IMG/VR virus record: IMGVR_UViG_3300036760_000689
Location: 1-64,000 of that record
Strand: one strand, 5' to 3'
Length of the DNA: 64,000 bases
From: a virus
Below, in pieces: positions 49,274 to 60,000 of this stretch. The first letter of the stretch is position 1. Each line of letters begins with the position of its first letter. The position numbers were made by a program, and so were the translations under genes. A model generated the notes under the pieces. That model was not told the DNA's origin. It saw only the letters and a program-made list of their open reading frames with translations, and searched no databases.

Positions 49274-50872
49274 TCAACGTTTAATATACTGCGGCTCAGG
49301 ACCGGGTGCCGGTATCCCTCCTCGTCCTGCCGCCTGGGGCAGATTGGTTTTAATAGCGTCGATCGCTTTTTCCTCAGAAGTTATCTCTGGGGATCCAGCC
49401 CTACGGATCGCCTGAACAGTTTCCCATGAAACTCCTACGTAATCCTCAACATAGCGCATCATCCATGAGTTGACTTCTCTCGCATTCCTAGTCTTGGTTA
49501 TACCATCTTGATCAAGTTGCACCGGAACCATCTGCATCGCAAAGGTCTGCGCCGCCTGCATGATTTTGGCCGCATCCTGTTTTGTCAGTTTTCCGCTTTG
49601 GGCCGCAGTCTTCAAATCCATGGCCTGCTGCCTCGATTCGGAGAGCAATCGAGCATTCGTAACTTCTTGCTGCCTGAGCATCCTGCTGGCCGTCAGATCA
49701 TCGACATAACTCTTATCGGCGACAACTCGGGCTTGGTCATAATTCTCGATCTTTTTACCATTGATTGTCTGACCGATAAGCGCGATCGCCTGTTGCTCAT
49801 AGGTAGTCGGTTCGATCTCATCCCTCGTTCCAATCTCGGCACCCGTTTCGGTATCATAAGCCGCTTTATAGCGTAATCCAGTCCTTGGATCTCGGCCAGT
49901 AATGTTGATGAGTTTGCCAGGTCTGTCCTGAATCGGTTTCCCATAGCGAAGGAACGAATAGATTTCGTTGTAATAGTTCCTGTCCTTAGTTTTAGTTTCC
50001 TGGGCATCTGGAGTCGCAGCCCAATCTTCGGCCCGCTTCTTGTACCACTCCTCATTAGCGGTCTGATCCGCTTGTTTTTGCGCGGATTCGGCCTTGATTC
50101 TCGCCTCCTGAATTTGGATTGTGCTCCCAGTCTGCTTGGCAGTATCGTAATCGGTCATGGCGCGATGCAAAGCAAACTGTGCTCGTTGGTTGGGACTCAG
50201 ACCTGTCAGATCAGGTTGGGCCTGAGGAGCAACGCCAGGGATTCCAACAGGTGCCGCAGCAGCAGCACGGAACTGAAAACGAGATACAGGAAATGCCCCC
50301 GGAGCTTGGGGTTGCGCCTGTGGAGTCATAAACTGCCCCCCCTGAACCGTCGTTGGGCTAATCGGGATCGTTGGCGGCGGAGGTTGAGCAGGAGGCGGGG
50401 TCACGAATCTTCCACCCTCCACAGTTGTCGGAGGTAAGGCCGCTGCAGGATATGTACCGGCGATTCCCATCAGGGAACCTTGAGGCGCAGTCTGAATTGC
50501 TCCAGTTGGGGGAGCGGCCATCCCCTCTTGAGGTCTTTGACCTGGGGTCCCTGTCGCAACAGCCATGTCCGCCGCCTGCGTCATTGATTTATCCTGCGTC
50601 CCTTTTCCGCCCGGACTGATCAGTTTGCTCACAAGGTTCCATAGGCCAGTCTTCTGCGTTCGAATCTTTTCGGCCTGATTCATCAAATCGACCGCGCGTT
50701 CATGAAACATTTGCTGAAAGTGGGGATCCGTCTCATTGCCGGCCTGAGTGGAAAATTTGATCGACATGTCCTGCAATTGGCGCACTTGTTCGATCTTCTG
50801 TTGATGGGCTTGATTCGATGCCTGGACATAGCCCTTGAGAAATTCCCCAAAGATTCCTGCCGCCTGATACAT
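49274..50872 (-). CDS. Putative internal virion/ejection protein
   Basis: Pro/Ala/Gln-rich; immediately upstream of the giant protein. Confidence 0.55.
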   Translation of the reverse strand: MYQAAGIFGEFLKGYVQASNQAHQQKIEQVRQLQDMSIKFSTQAGNETDPHFQQMFHERAVDLMNQAEKIRTQKTGLWNLVSKLISPGGKGTQDKSMTQAADMAVATGTPGQRPQEGMAAPPTGAIQTAPQGSLMGIAGTYPAAALPPTTVEGGRFVTPPPAQPPPPTIPISPTTVQGGQFMTPQAQPQAPGAFPVSRFQFRAAAAAPVGIPGVAPQAQPDLTGLSPNQRAQFALHRAMTDYDTAKQTGSTIQIQEARIKAESAQKQADQTANEEWYKKRAEDWAATPDAQETKTKDRNYYNEIYSFLRYGKPIQDRPGKLINITGRDPRTGLRYKAAYDTETGAEIGTRDEIEPTTYEQQAIALIGQTINGKKIENYDQARVVADKSYVDDLTASRMLRQQEVTNARLLSESRQQAMDLKTAAQSGKLTKQDAAKIMQAAQTFAMQMVPVQLDQDGITKTRNAREVNSWMMRYVEDYVGVSWETVQAIRRAGSPEITSEEKAIDAIKTNLPQAAGRGGIPAPGPEPQYIKR

Positions 50873-50888
50873 GATTCCTCCTAACGAT

Positions 50889-51467
50889 CTAGTCGATGCG
50901 TTTGGGGTGTTCCTTCATCTCGAATCGTTTAATCCAATTGCAGTTGGCACAAAGCAATTGATATTTGTTCGGTACACCGCTGAGAACATCCCGGCATATC
51001 GGCCAAACGCCCCATCCGAGTTTCTTTTTCTCGGCTACACCGCCGCCGTTTATGTGATCTATTTGCAGTACCCGCTTATCCTCTATTCCGCACTTGGCGC
51101 ACCGATTACCCAAAAACTTCAGGGCGGCATCCCTTAGTTGATCTGACACCCTTCTGTGGTTAGCACGTTTCCGAGATTTAAACTCTTCACTGTAATAGGA
51201 ATTATTGCATTTCTTGCATGCTGGACTTAATCCATCGCTCGCGGACCTCCTACCAAAAAATTCATGTTTTGGCTTACATTCATGGCATCGACAGCAGGTT
51301 TTGCTTCCGGTCCTGTCAATGATCGAGTTCCGAATCGTATTCTCCTCTAATATCTTGGAGGTCCTATATTTGCGGCATTCCGTGCAAACATTTCTCAACT
51401 TCCCAGTATCGCTTCTAGTCGCAAATTCGTCGCTGGATTTATCTTGTTTACACTTTTTGCAAACCAT
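50889..51467 (-). CDS. HNH homing endonuclease with N-terminal zinc motifs
   Basis: Repeated CxxC; LQIDHINGGG..YQLLCANCN. Confidence 0.85.
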   Translation of the reverse strand: MVCKKCKQDKSSDEFATRSDTGKLRNVCTECRKYRTSKILEENTIRNSIIDRTGSKTCCRCHECKPKHEFFGRRSASDGLSPACKKCNNSYYSEEFKSRKRANHRRVSDQLRDAALKFLGNRCAKCGIEDKRVLQIDHINGGGVAEKKKLGWGVWPICRDVLSGVPNKYQLLCANCNWIKRFEMKEHPKRID

Positions 51468-51471
51468 CACA

Positions 51472-51837
51472 TCACCTGTTTCGCATGCGCCTGCTTCCAT
51501 TCCGTGAGGACTTCCTGACTTTATCCAATTTGCGGAGTATCTCTGCCGGAATTATTATTTCGTTTTTATGCAGCATATAGATCCCAGTCTTCTTGATCCT
51601 TCCGCCCTTACGAAAGCTGGCAAAAGCGCCGAATTCGCCAGCGTTGGGAACTCCGCCGACATTTTCCGTGTCAGTCGATGGGCCACCACGATTTGCGAGT
51701 CTTTGCGTTTCGGCCTTCTGAGTGACCTGCCGAATGGATTCCTTGAGTGTCCTCTGTTTTTGCGCCTGTTTCGCCGGGAAATATATCGAAGAAAATCCCT
51801 TCATCAGATTCCCAAACGCGTTAGTCGTTGCCATCAT
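51472..51837 (-). CDS. Hypothetical virion-associated protein
   Basis: FRKGGRIKKTG..MLHKNE.IIP motif. Confidence 0.55.
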   Translation of the reverse strand: MMATTNAFGNLMKGFSSIYFPAKQAQKQRTLKESIRQVTQKAETQRLANRGGPSTDTENVGGVPNAGEFGAFASFRKGGRIKKTGIYMLHKNEIIIPAEILRKLDKVRKSSRNGSRRMRNR

Positions 51838-52367
51838 TTACCCTTCATCGCCATGAATCCACCAGCCATGGATCCGAGACCGCCTGCCAAACTACCCCAT
51901 GCCCCAGCTTGCGATGCCGATAACTGAGCATATGCCTGACCCGCTTGCCCATATCCGCCTTGCGCCTGTCCATAGGCTCCGATGCCGGCCTGCGTGCCGC
52001 CGCTTCCCATTGCAGCAAGACGCGCCAAAGCTTCGGATACTCCCCCAGAATAGATACCAGTCTTCGTTCCAGCTTCCTGAAGGTTGATATCCCTCATGGT
52101 CACATCCCTCAACCCACCAGGTGCCATCTCCTGAGCTTGTTTCCGCTGGAGATAGTACTGTTGAGTTGCGGCGTTGATGGAAGGAGCCATGGAACGTTGG
52201 AGATCCGCACCTTTGCCCGTTGCCATGGCCATATAAGCATCCTGGGCTGTTTGGCGAGCTGGGGCAGCTTCCTGTTCCAAACCTTTACCAAGAGTAAAGG
52301 TCTGCTGAGCGATATCCATCATCTGTTTAGTGGCGACATCGGCCTGTTTTGCGGCTCCCTTGCCCAT
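51834..52367 (-). CDS. Putative DNA pilot/ejection protein
   Basis: MGKG start, Gln/Ala-rich body, Gly-rich hydrophobic C-terminus. Confidence 0.6.
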   Translation of the reverse strand: MGKGAAKQADVATKQMMDIAQQTFTLGKGLEQEAAPARQTAQDAYMAMATGKGADLQRSMAPSINAATQQYYLQRKQAQEMAPGGLRDVTMRDINLQEAGTKTGIYSGGVSEALARLAAMGSGGTQAGIGAYGQAQGGYGQAGQAYAQLSASQAGAWGSLAGGLGSMAGGFMAMKGK

Positions 52368-52383
52368 CGTAACTCCTTTGCCG

Positions 52384-53007
52384 TCAATAGTTTACGGCCA
52401 CTCCTCGATAGTCAGTTGCAGATTGATGTTTCCTGGCGTTACACGATTGACACAATGGCTGGATGTTGGAAATATCACTTAATCCGCCCCGGATAACGGG
52501 AATTATATGATCGATCACAAGTTTGATTTCAGGTTCGCATCGTTTACAGCATAAGCACATATGTTGATATTTGCTTTTCAATGCTTCCCACTCTTCTAAG
52601 GTGAAGGATCCGCGTGCCGTTGTCTTGCACGCCCTACGATTCGCCTCATACACGGCAAGTTTGCTCTTATTGTTTTGCTTCCATACCTTGATTGAGGCAT
52701 ACGCTTTGTCCAGATTTTCGCGCTGCCATTTTGCGTTGGCTTCCCTTTTCTGTTCTCGGTGTCTTTCCCTATATTTTCTTTTCTGCTCCCTGTACTTTTG
52801 GGGATTGTCCTTCCGCCATTGCCTTGCCAATTCGTTCAAGTGCGCTCTGTGTTCCTTGCTGTATTTCTTGACCTTAGCTGATAACTCCGCGATGTGATTC
52901 AGACGATAGTTTTTGAATTCCGCCCCACCGCAAGTTCTGCATGTATTCCTGTACCTTCTAAACTGATCATCCGGTAGAGTCTGCAGGCATCCGTGGCATT
53001 GCTTCAT
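52384..53007 (-). CDS. HNH homing endonuclease
   Basis: [37 protein letters not shown]. Confidence 0.88.
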   Translation of the reverse strand: MKQCHGCLQTLPDDQFRRYRNTCRTCGGAEFKNYRLNHIAELSAKVKKYSKEHRAHLNELARQWRKDNPQKYREQKRKYRERHREQKREANAKWQRENLDKAYASIKVWKQNNKSKLAVYEANRRACKTTARGSFTLEEWEALKSKYQHMCLCCKRCEPEIKLVIDHIIPVIRGGLSDISNIQPLCQSCNARKHQSATDYRGVAVNY

Positions 53008-53013
53008 CGCAAT

Positions 53014-53604
53014 CTATTGTCCTCTGAGTTGGCGGTGTTCCTCTTTCGTCATCATCACGATCGTCGAATTGCTGACGATCCCATGGATTGTGGTGTATTT
53101 GGGAATCGTCGCAACATGCGTGAATCCAATCCTTTTGACGAATAACTTGGCCGCGATATTTTCTTCTGGGGTTTCCCCGATTATCAGATCAACATTGAGC
53201 CGATTAAACCAATAATCCAAGACGATCTCGGAGAACTGATCGGTATAAGATGGTTTCTGATAATCTTTGAAAAATACAAAAGATCCGAGCGCCCGTGTCC
53301 AATCGCCTTTGCAAGTCGTAATATCGGCAAGCCAAGCCATACCAGCGATTTCCACGATTTCATCACCATTGACGATCGAAAAGATAGCCAGTAGAGTCTT
53401 ACCGGAATTGAAAAAGACGAGGTAATCAAACAAGCTCATATCAGGATTTTCATGGAATACCGTGTCCCATAAGTCCTCTGAATGGAGCTTTTTATAAAGC
53501 ATGATGAGCGTTTCGACCGTGAACACACCTGTCCTTGGATCGTAAGGCAACGCTGCCAAGTTTCCTCTGACAAACTCAAAATCCTTAACGGCTGTAGTTT
53601 CCAT
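53014..53604 (-). CDS. GNAT-fold protein of the virion module
   Basis: GETPEENIAAKLFVKRIGF; lies before the ejection proteins as in podoviruses. Confidence 0.65.
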   Translation of the reverse strand: METTAVKDFEFVRGNLAALPYDPRTGVFTVETLIMLYKKLHSEDLWDTVFHENPDMSLFDYLVFFNSGKTLLAIFSIVNGDEIVEIAGMAWLADITTCKGDWTRALGSFVFFKDYQKPSYTDQFSEIVLDYWFNRLNVDLIIGETPEENIAAKLFVKRIGFTHVATIPKYTTIHGIVSNSTIVMMTKEEHRQLRGQ

Positions 53605-53646
53605 AGAATCCTTCCATCCCGACTTTATCACAGCTTCGTCAATCCC

Positions 53647-54024
53647 CTATCCGATATAAGCCCCCATATCACCAGCAAAGACTGGTATCCGAGCATTCGT
53701 GAATTTATCAATCGTATAAAAAACCACCATGGTATTTGCGCCGCCTTCCCAAAACTGAAGAACGGTATCGGGGGCGGATGGCAGATTGACCTCCATCAGA
53801 ACTCGGGGAGTATCCTCCCGATGATAGAAAATCGGTTTTGGAATCGCTGTCTGGGGATGTATCGCCTGAGATTCATAGTATTGAAAATCGGCAGTATTTG
53901 CCAGCGACCAGCAATCCGATAACACAGTATCTGGGGTAGACGGAAGATTGACATTTGCCTGCCATAGATGCAGGCCAAGATTTATCTGCTGAAGAAACCA
54001 TTGAATGCTACGAACAACCATCAT
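53647..54024 (-). CDS. Hypothetical protein with short internal duplication
   Basis: VNLPSTPDTVL / VNLPSAPDTVL. Confidence 0.5.
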   Translation of the reverse strand: MMVVRSIQWFLQQINLGLHLWQANVNLPSTPDTVLSDCWSLANTADFQYYESQAIHPQTAIPKPIFYHREDTPRVLMEVNLPSAPDTVLQFWEGGANTMVVFYTIDKFTNARIPVFAGDMGAYIG

Positions 54025-54902
54025 CCCACCCTATAAGCAATCTTATGGTATAGGTAGCCTCCCGCTACTGGACAAGCAACCTGGAAGATTCCAGTCGTGC
54101 CTAAGTCGATGGGGATTGTCACTCGGGATCGGTTGGGAAATATCTGTCCATAATAATTAGGATAGGGTGCATAGATATGCTGATATCCTCGACCGGCCCA
54201 AGTTCTGGTGTTTGCGCCTGTCGCGGTACACCAATATTCAACTGGCACAAAACGGCAATAGCCACCCGGGGTGGATTGACCGTCGCATGAAGAACCTAAA
54301 CCCTGAGGTCCACCACATCGTGAGGTGTTTACAGGCGTGACATTATCTATCATCCAAGCGGAGGCGGAATCATTGTATGACAAAGAATCCGCAGTGGTTC
54401 TTGACCCTTGGCCATAAACATAATGCGTGTTTTGCGTCTGGGCTTCGGGAGTAAAATCGGTGATGCCCGCCTTGAAGAATTCGGGCAACTGAGTACCAAA
54501 GTAGAACTCGATGCAAAAATGATACTGGCCAGAAAATACCCAGACATCCCAAGCCGCGCCTGCTGGCGCATTTACTCTTACATTCCAAGCGGGGGTGGTT
54601 CCTGTCACGGGACTCGCGTTTTGATCTGTGAGCGCCATCGACATTTTGAGGTCGCTCGATCCAGCAATATCCGTGAACACCATTTTAAAAAATCGTCCAT
54701 CCGCATCGTGCGGCGATTCAGCCGTAACCGTGGGAGGAGTGCCATCTCTATTATCCGTCAGAGTCCAGGCAGGAGTCTGACCGCTCAAGGCATTATAGAT
54801 GACGGACAGCCCATGCGTGTCGCCAGCCGTGCCAAGCATATCAACTACGGCGGCGGCGTGATAGACATGATAACTAGAATTCAAAAACATCGGTACAGCC
54901 AT
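54021..54902 (-). CDS. Putative tail/structural protein, paralog of the next gene
   Basis: MAVPMFL start and VTIPIDLGTTGIFQV end match the neighbour. Confidence 0.55.
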   Translation of the reverse strand: MAVPMFLNSSYHVYHAAAVVDMLGTAGDTHGLSVIYNALSGQTPAWTLTDNRDGTPPTVTAESPHDADGRFFKMVFTDIAGSSDLKMSMALTDQNASPVTGTTPAWNVRVNAPAGAAWDVWVFSGQYHFCIEFYFGTQLPEFFKAGITDFTPEAQTQNTHYVYGQGSRTTADSLSYNDSASAWMIDNVTPVNTSRCGGPQGLGSSCDGQSTPGGYCRFVPVEYWCTATGANTRTWAGRGYQHIYAPYPNYYGQIFPNRSRVTIPIDLGTTGIFQVACPVAGGYLYHKIAYRVG

Positions 54903-54904
54903 GA

Positions 54905-55735
54905 CTAACTCTTTCTCCAACACATTTTTCTAATATCCTGGAGGGGTGGGCCAGTTACTCTAAACACTCCAGTTACGCCGGTGTCAATCGGGACGGTAAG
55001 TTCGGCATTAAACGCTTGGAGGCTATCCACCCATAAGACGTTTGGCAACTTGCCAAACACGAGATCATAATTCTGAAACGTGATCGGAATGAACAACAAC
55101 GCACCGCTCTGGGTTGTTAAAGAGCTAGGGGTTGTAAAGGGATATCCTACGCAATACCAAGCGTACGAAGGAGTTATATTGTAAGCAAGGCTGCCATATA
55201 CTTTATTCATCCAATGGGCTTCATTACTATAATCATATGATGAATGAACATTGGCATTGGTATATGGACCTCCAGCGCATAACCAGACTGGGGGATTGGT
55301 AATTTCTGGGTAGGGATCCACCTCACAGCACCACCATGTTTGCGGAACCGCCTGTTGGGCATTGATACACACATAGGGTCTGTTTTTGCCGCAATAAGTG
55401 CTTACGTCGGAGCCGCCACCTGCAACGTTGAGGTTTTGGCTGGTTTCATTGTTGATCTGAAGACCATATCCATCCTTGGCGACGATATTTAATTGAGTGG
55501 CGGCGGCCCTAGTGAATTGGACTGTGAAATAATGCGTTGCCCCGTAATCCCCAACTGGAGACTTGTAGGTCGTGGGCGTCTGCGTCTTACCCCCCACAGT
55601 GCAGGTCCAACCGAGGGTTGTCACAAGATCATCATATAGATCGTCAATGATATCTTGGACGTCGGTTATGCCGGCATGGAGCCTATAGGTGTAATCGATG
55701 TTGAGCGTTCCAGCCAGAAAACTTGGGATGGCCAT
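54905..55735 (-). CDS. Putative tail/structural protein
   Basis: MAIPSFL start and LTVPIDTGVTGVFRV end. Confidence 0.55.
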   Translation of the reverse strand: MAIPSFLAGTLNIDYTYRLHAGITDVQDIIDDLYDDLVTTLGWTCTVGGKTQTPTTYKSPVGDYGATHYFTVQFTRAAATQLNIVAKDGYGLQINNETSQNLNVAGGGSDVSTYCGKNRPYVCINAQQAVPQTWWCCEVDPYPEITNPPVWLCAGGPYTNANVHSSYDYSNEAHWMNKVYGSLAYNITPSYAWYCVGYPFTTPSSLTTQSGALLFIPITFQNYDLVFGKLPNVLWVDSLQAFNAELTVPIDTGVTGVFRVTGPPLQDIRKMCWRKS

Positions 55736-55857
55736 TATAAGACCGTTGCCTTTCTGCGTTTCCAGAGTAAAGAGTGGGTTTCGCTCATTTTTCTAATCGT
55801 CTCTTCCGAATGATGGCGGCCAATCCAATTTCTATTGCCGATTGGGGTATTAGGCAT
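55735..55857 (-). CDS. 40-aa NUMOD3-only mini-protein (homing endonuclease remnant)
   Basis: MPNTPIGNRNWIGRHHSEETIRKMSETH...; overlaps both neighbours' stop/start. Confidence 0.5.
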   Translation of the reverse strand: MPNTPIGNRNWIGRHHSEETIRKMSETHSLLWKRRKATVL

Positions 55858-57037
55858 ATTCTTTCATAAAACCCGTTATGACGAACCGGTCAAGAACGGC
55901 GTTATAGATCGCTCCCAGCATATCCGTTTTCCCAGGTCCAGTACTCAGGGTGATGTCGGGCATGTTTTGTGGAACGCTGAATTTGGTATCCAAAGTTAGC
56001 GTCCGATTTCCTGTAGCATCCTGGGTAAACTCCCAAATGATACGCTGACCATCTACTCCATTGGTTGGATTCCCAAGAATGCGGTTGGCCCCCAATGTTA
56101 CTCTGAAATGATTTCCTGCGGATCCATCGGTGGCCAATGGAGAAGCATCACTCATGGCAACGACCGTAGGAAGAATTGAACCTGTCGTGGCCTTTACTTG
56201 TCCCTGGACCTCCAGGGTATAAGTTGGCGCTCCCGTCGTTGCGATACCGATCTTGTTTGAGGACTCTTTGATAACTGAATCGCCGATCGTGCCGGCGGCA
56301 GTGAACTTTGGTATGTTACCTGCTGTGCCGCTGCCACCAACCTTACCGTTGAATGTTGACCAATCGCCAGATGACAGGTAACCGCTTTGACCGGCACCAC
56401 CCTGTTTAACCTGAATGCTTGTGCCGCCCCCGACCACCGCGCCAGTGCCCCCTGAGACGGTCAGAACAGAGGACGTGGCCTCAGTCAGGTTGCCAAAACC
56501 GAGGGCATTCTGCTTGCCATTGAATGTGGCCCAATCAGTGGAAGACAGGTATCCATCCACTGCGGCAGTGGCCTTGGTGATCGAGAGTGTCAGATCACTG
56601 CCGAGGTTTCCTCCACCTGACAATGGCGAATTGCTGGAGACTTGTCTGATAGCGGGAACAAAACCAGTATGTAATGCTTGGGCATAGTCCAAATGCGACA
56701 ACAACGCATGATCGGTTACCCCGCCACCTCCATTGGTTGGGATAGGCAATGGCGTTTTTCCTTTTGATTTTAGGAGATCAAGATAGATGTTTCCCGCCTC
56801 AACTGAGGACAGATAACTTTTTGTAACATAATCCGTCGCAGTCAAGTTTTTTTGCAACGGCCCCCCAGTGATCGCATGCGCGGTCATCTGGATCGGACTG
56901 TAGAACTTTACCGGACCTTCCTCACCATGGATGTTTTTAATGATGTTGAAGATCTGTCTGAGGACGAAATTCAACTTTTCCCATTGCTGGGCCTCGGGTG
57001 ATTTCCGATTGTAATCGACCTGATAAAACTCTGACAT
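55850..57037 (-). CDS. Tail fibre-like protein
   Basis: Gly/Thr/Ser-rich; repeated GYLSS.DW.TFNGK; C-terminal TQDATGNRTLT. Confidence 0.7.
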   Translation of the reverse strand: MSEFYQVDYNRKSPEAQQWEKLNFVLRQIFNIIKNIHGEEGPVKFYSPIQMTAHAITGGPLQKNLTATDYVTKSYLSSVEAGNIYLDLLKSKGKTPLPIPTNGGGGVTDHALLSHLDYAQALHTGFVPAIRQVSSNSPLSGGGNLGSDLTLSITKATAAVDGYLSSTDWATFNGKQNALGFGNLTEATSSVLTVSGGTGAVVGGGTSIQVKQGGAGQSGYLSSGDWSTFNGKVGGSGTAGNIPKFTAAGTIGDSVIKESSNKIGIATTGAPTYTLEVQGQVKATTGSILPTVVAMSDASPLATDGSAGNHFRVTLGANRILGNPTNGVDGQRIIWEFTQDATGNRTLTLDTKFSVPQNMPDITLSTGPGKTDMLGAIYNAVLDRFVITGFMKEYA

Positions 57038-57045
57038 TTCGTCTC

Positions 57046-60000
57046 TCAGTATGTCTGCGGTGGTGCCATCTTCTCCCTGCGATAACCATCTTCCATATTC
57101 AGATCTTTCAACTCAATCTCGCTCTTATCCCAGAAAATGCCGAAGGCGCTAGTGGAACTGAAGATGAGGCGGAACAGTTTGCCTTTTTTCGCGCTGGTCA
57201 GATCAATTTTTCTCTTCGAGAAGGATGGATCTGGACTGGGATTGGCTAGGATATTACCAGAATGCCTCAAAATGTTGTCGATCCAGATCTCGAAATTCAC
57301 ATCAGCGTTGGGATTGGTCATCGACAACCATAGTCGTCTAAGAATCTTGTAGCGATCATAATTGAAGATCTGAGTCCAAGTATCAGCCAATGTCACATCT
57401 GGTGGAAGTTTATCAATCACATAGTTGACGGAATAATTCCTCATAATTTTTGCGCTGAAGGTAACCCTGGCGAGTTTCCCGATGGTATCTTTGGCCAAAC
57501 TGAAAGTGGACAGCAAACGGCCAGCATGCGAGAAAGTAAATGTTTGGGCCGTCACAACACCATCAAGCCAGAAGGTCAAAGTAGCTGGCTGACCACCTGT
57601 ATCGGCTTGGACGACGACCTCTTTCCAGAGTTTTTTGTAGGGCCACTCTTCAATCACCCATGGCATCTCGATGATCGTTTCCTCGATGCTATCCTCAAAA
57701 TATTTGAACTCGTGTTCGTAAATTGTGAACGGAAAGCCTGAGGTAGCGGTAATCCGCATGATTTTCCCGATCGTGTCGATCGGCAAGGAGAACACCACGC
57801 GCGAACGAGCGGACGTGGCCAGGGTAAAAGTATCTGGTAGACTATAACCATCAACCCAGACTGTTATGGTGACGTTATGTCCCCCGGTGTCGCCTTCCAG
57901 GATCACATCCCTCAGACGTTTTTGGTTCGAAATGCCTTGATCTGTCCATGGAGATTCATGCCGATATTCCTGAAAAGGTTCTGGAATGGCTTCCACCCAT
58001 GCTTTCCAAAACCGCATCTGAGATCCAGTCTCTGATCTCAAGATGACCCGCCAGAGGATACCAACCGTATCTGGTTCAAAACTGAAGGAATATTGGTCGC
58101 GCCCCAGATCCGAAATATATGTGGGAATCGTCGTGACTGAACGGTTATCCACCTGAGTGTCAATTATGATCCCACCTGGGCCGAGGTTGTTTACCTCCAC
58201 AAGAAGTTTTCGGAATCGTTTTCTTTGGTTGGGCGCGCCCTCGTTGCTCCACGGAGTTTCGATGACCGTATTCTCAATCGAATCATCAAAATGGGCGAAG
58301 TCACTTCCATAGATCGTAAATCTCTGATTGGCTACTGCCGTAATTCTTGTGATTTTGCCAATCAGATCCACGGGCAAGGAGTAAACAACTCTTTCCCTAT
58401 AAGGTGTGTTGAGGATAAAGGTATCAGGTAGCGCAGCGCCGTCAACCCACGCCGTGACTATGACATCGTCGCCCGTCGTATCCGCCTCGATAATCAGATC
58501 TCTGAGACGTTTCTCCTGGTCGGTGCCATTATTCGCCCATGGGGATTCATACCGCCATTCGTGGAAAGGTTCTGGAATGGCTTCCACCCATGCCCTCCAG
58601 AATCTCATTTGGGATCCTGGTTCTGATCTCAAAATCACTCTCCACAGAATTCCCACGGTGTCGGGGTCAAAACTAAAGACATATTCGCTCCGGCCCAGAG
58701 CGGTGATGGTATCTGGGGTCGTCAATACCGTTGCATTATCAATCTGGGCTTCAACGGTCACCGCTCCCGGCCCGAGATTGTTGACCTCCACCATGAGTTT
58801 TCTAAAACGCTTTTTCTGGTTAGGCGCGCCCTCATCACTCCAGGGCATCTCGATGATCGTGTTTTCGATGGCGTCGGCGAAATGCGCGAACTCATGGACG
58901 TAGATCGTAAACCAATATCCCGATGTTGCCGTTATTCGTGTGATCTTTCCGATCAAATCCACGGGCAACGAGAAAACCACTTTCTGCCTGTCTGGGGTAT
59001 TCAGAAGAAATGTGTCTGGAAGGGCGCTACCATCGACCCAGACTGTTATGGTGACGTTGTGACTCCGTGTGTCCGCCTCAATTACCAAATCTCTGAGACG
59101 CTTCTCATTGTCCGTTCCATTGTTGGTCCACGGGGATTCAAATCGTCTTTGTTCGAAAGGTTCTGGGATCGCTTCAACCCAAGCGCGCCAAAAACGCATA
59201 ACGGATCCAGAATCAGAGGTAAGAATCACCCTCCAGAGGATACCTACGCTGTCAGGTTCAAAACTAAAAGTATACTCAGATCTGCCCAGTGCGGTAATTC
59301 GTGTGGGGGTCGTTGTCATCGAGGCATTGTCAATCTGAGCATTGACGGTGATGCCACCTGGACCGAGATTGTTCACTTCCACGATTAAATTTCGGAATCT
59401 CTTTTTTTGATTGGGCGCACCCTGATCGTTCCATGGCGTCTCGATAATCGTATCCTGAATCGAGTCATCGAAATGGATAATATCGTGACCATAGATGGTG
59501 AATCTGTGGTCGCCTATCGCGGTAATCCTTGTGATTTTCCCTATAGTATCCACAGGCAGGGAAAAACACACTCGCGATCTTACCTTTGTATTTACGGTAT
59601 AGGCGTCAGGCAGAGCCGCACCATCCACCCATGGAGTAACAACAACATCGTCCCCAACAGTATCCGCCTCAATTACCAGATCTCTGAGACGTTTCTCCTG
59701 GTCGGTGCCATTGTTCGCCCATGGGGATTCATACCGCCATTCCTGAAGAGGTTCGGGAAGAGCCTCTACCCAGGCACGATAGAATCTGAATGTTGACCCA
59801 GGATCATTGACCGTAATCAACGCACGCCACAAAATTCCGACGGTATCTGGCTCGAAACTGAAGACATATTCCGTCCTGCCATGCTCGGAAACATTGATTC
59901 CCGTCGAAGTGATGCTAACCGATGCGTTGTCCACCTGGGCATCGACGGTCAAACCGCTAGGACCAACATTGTCGGCTTCCACGATCATCTTACGATAACG

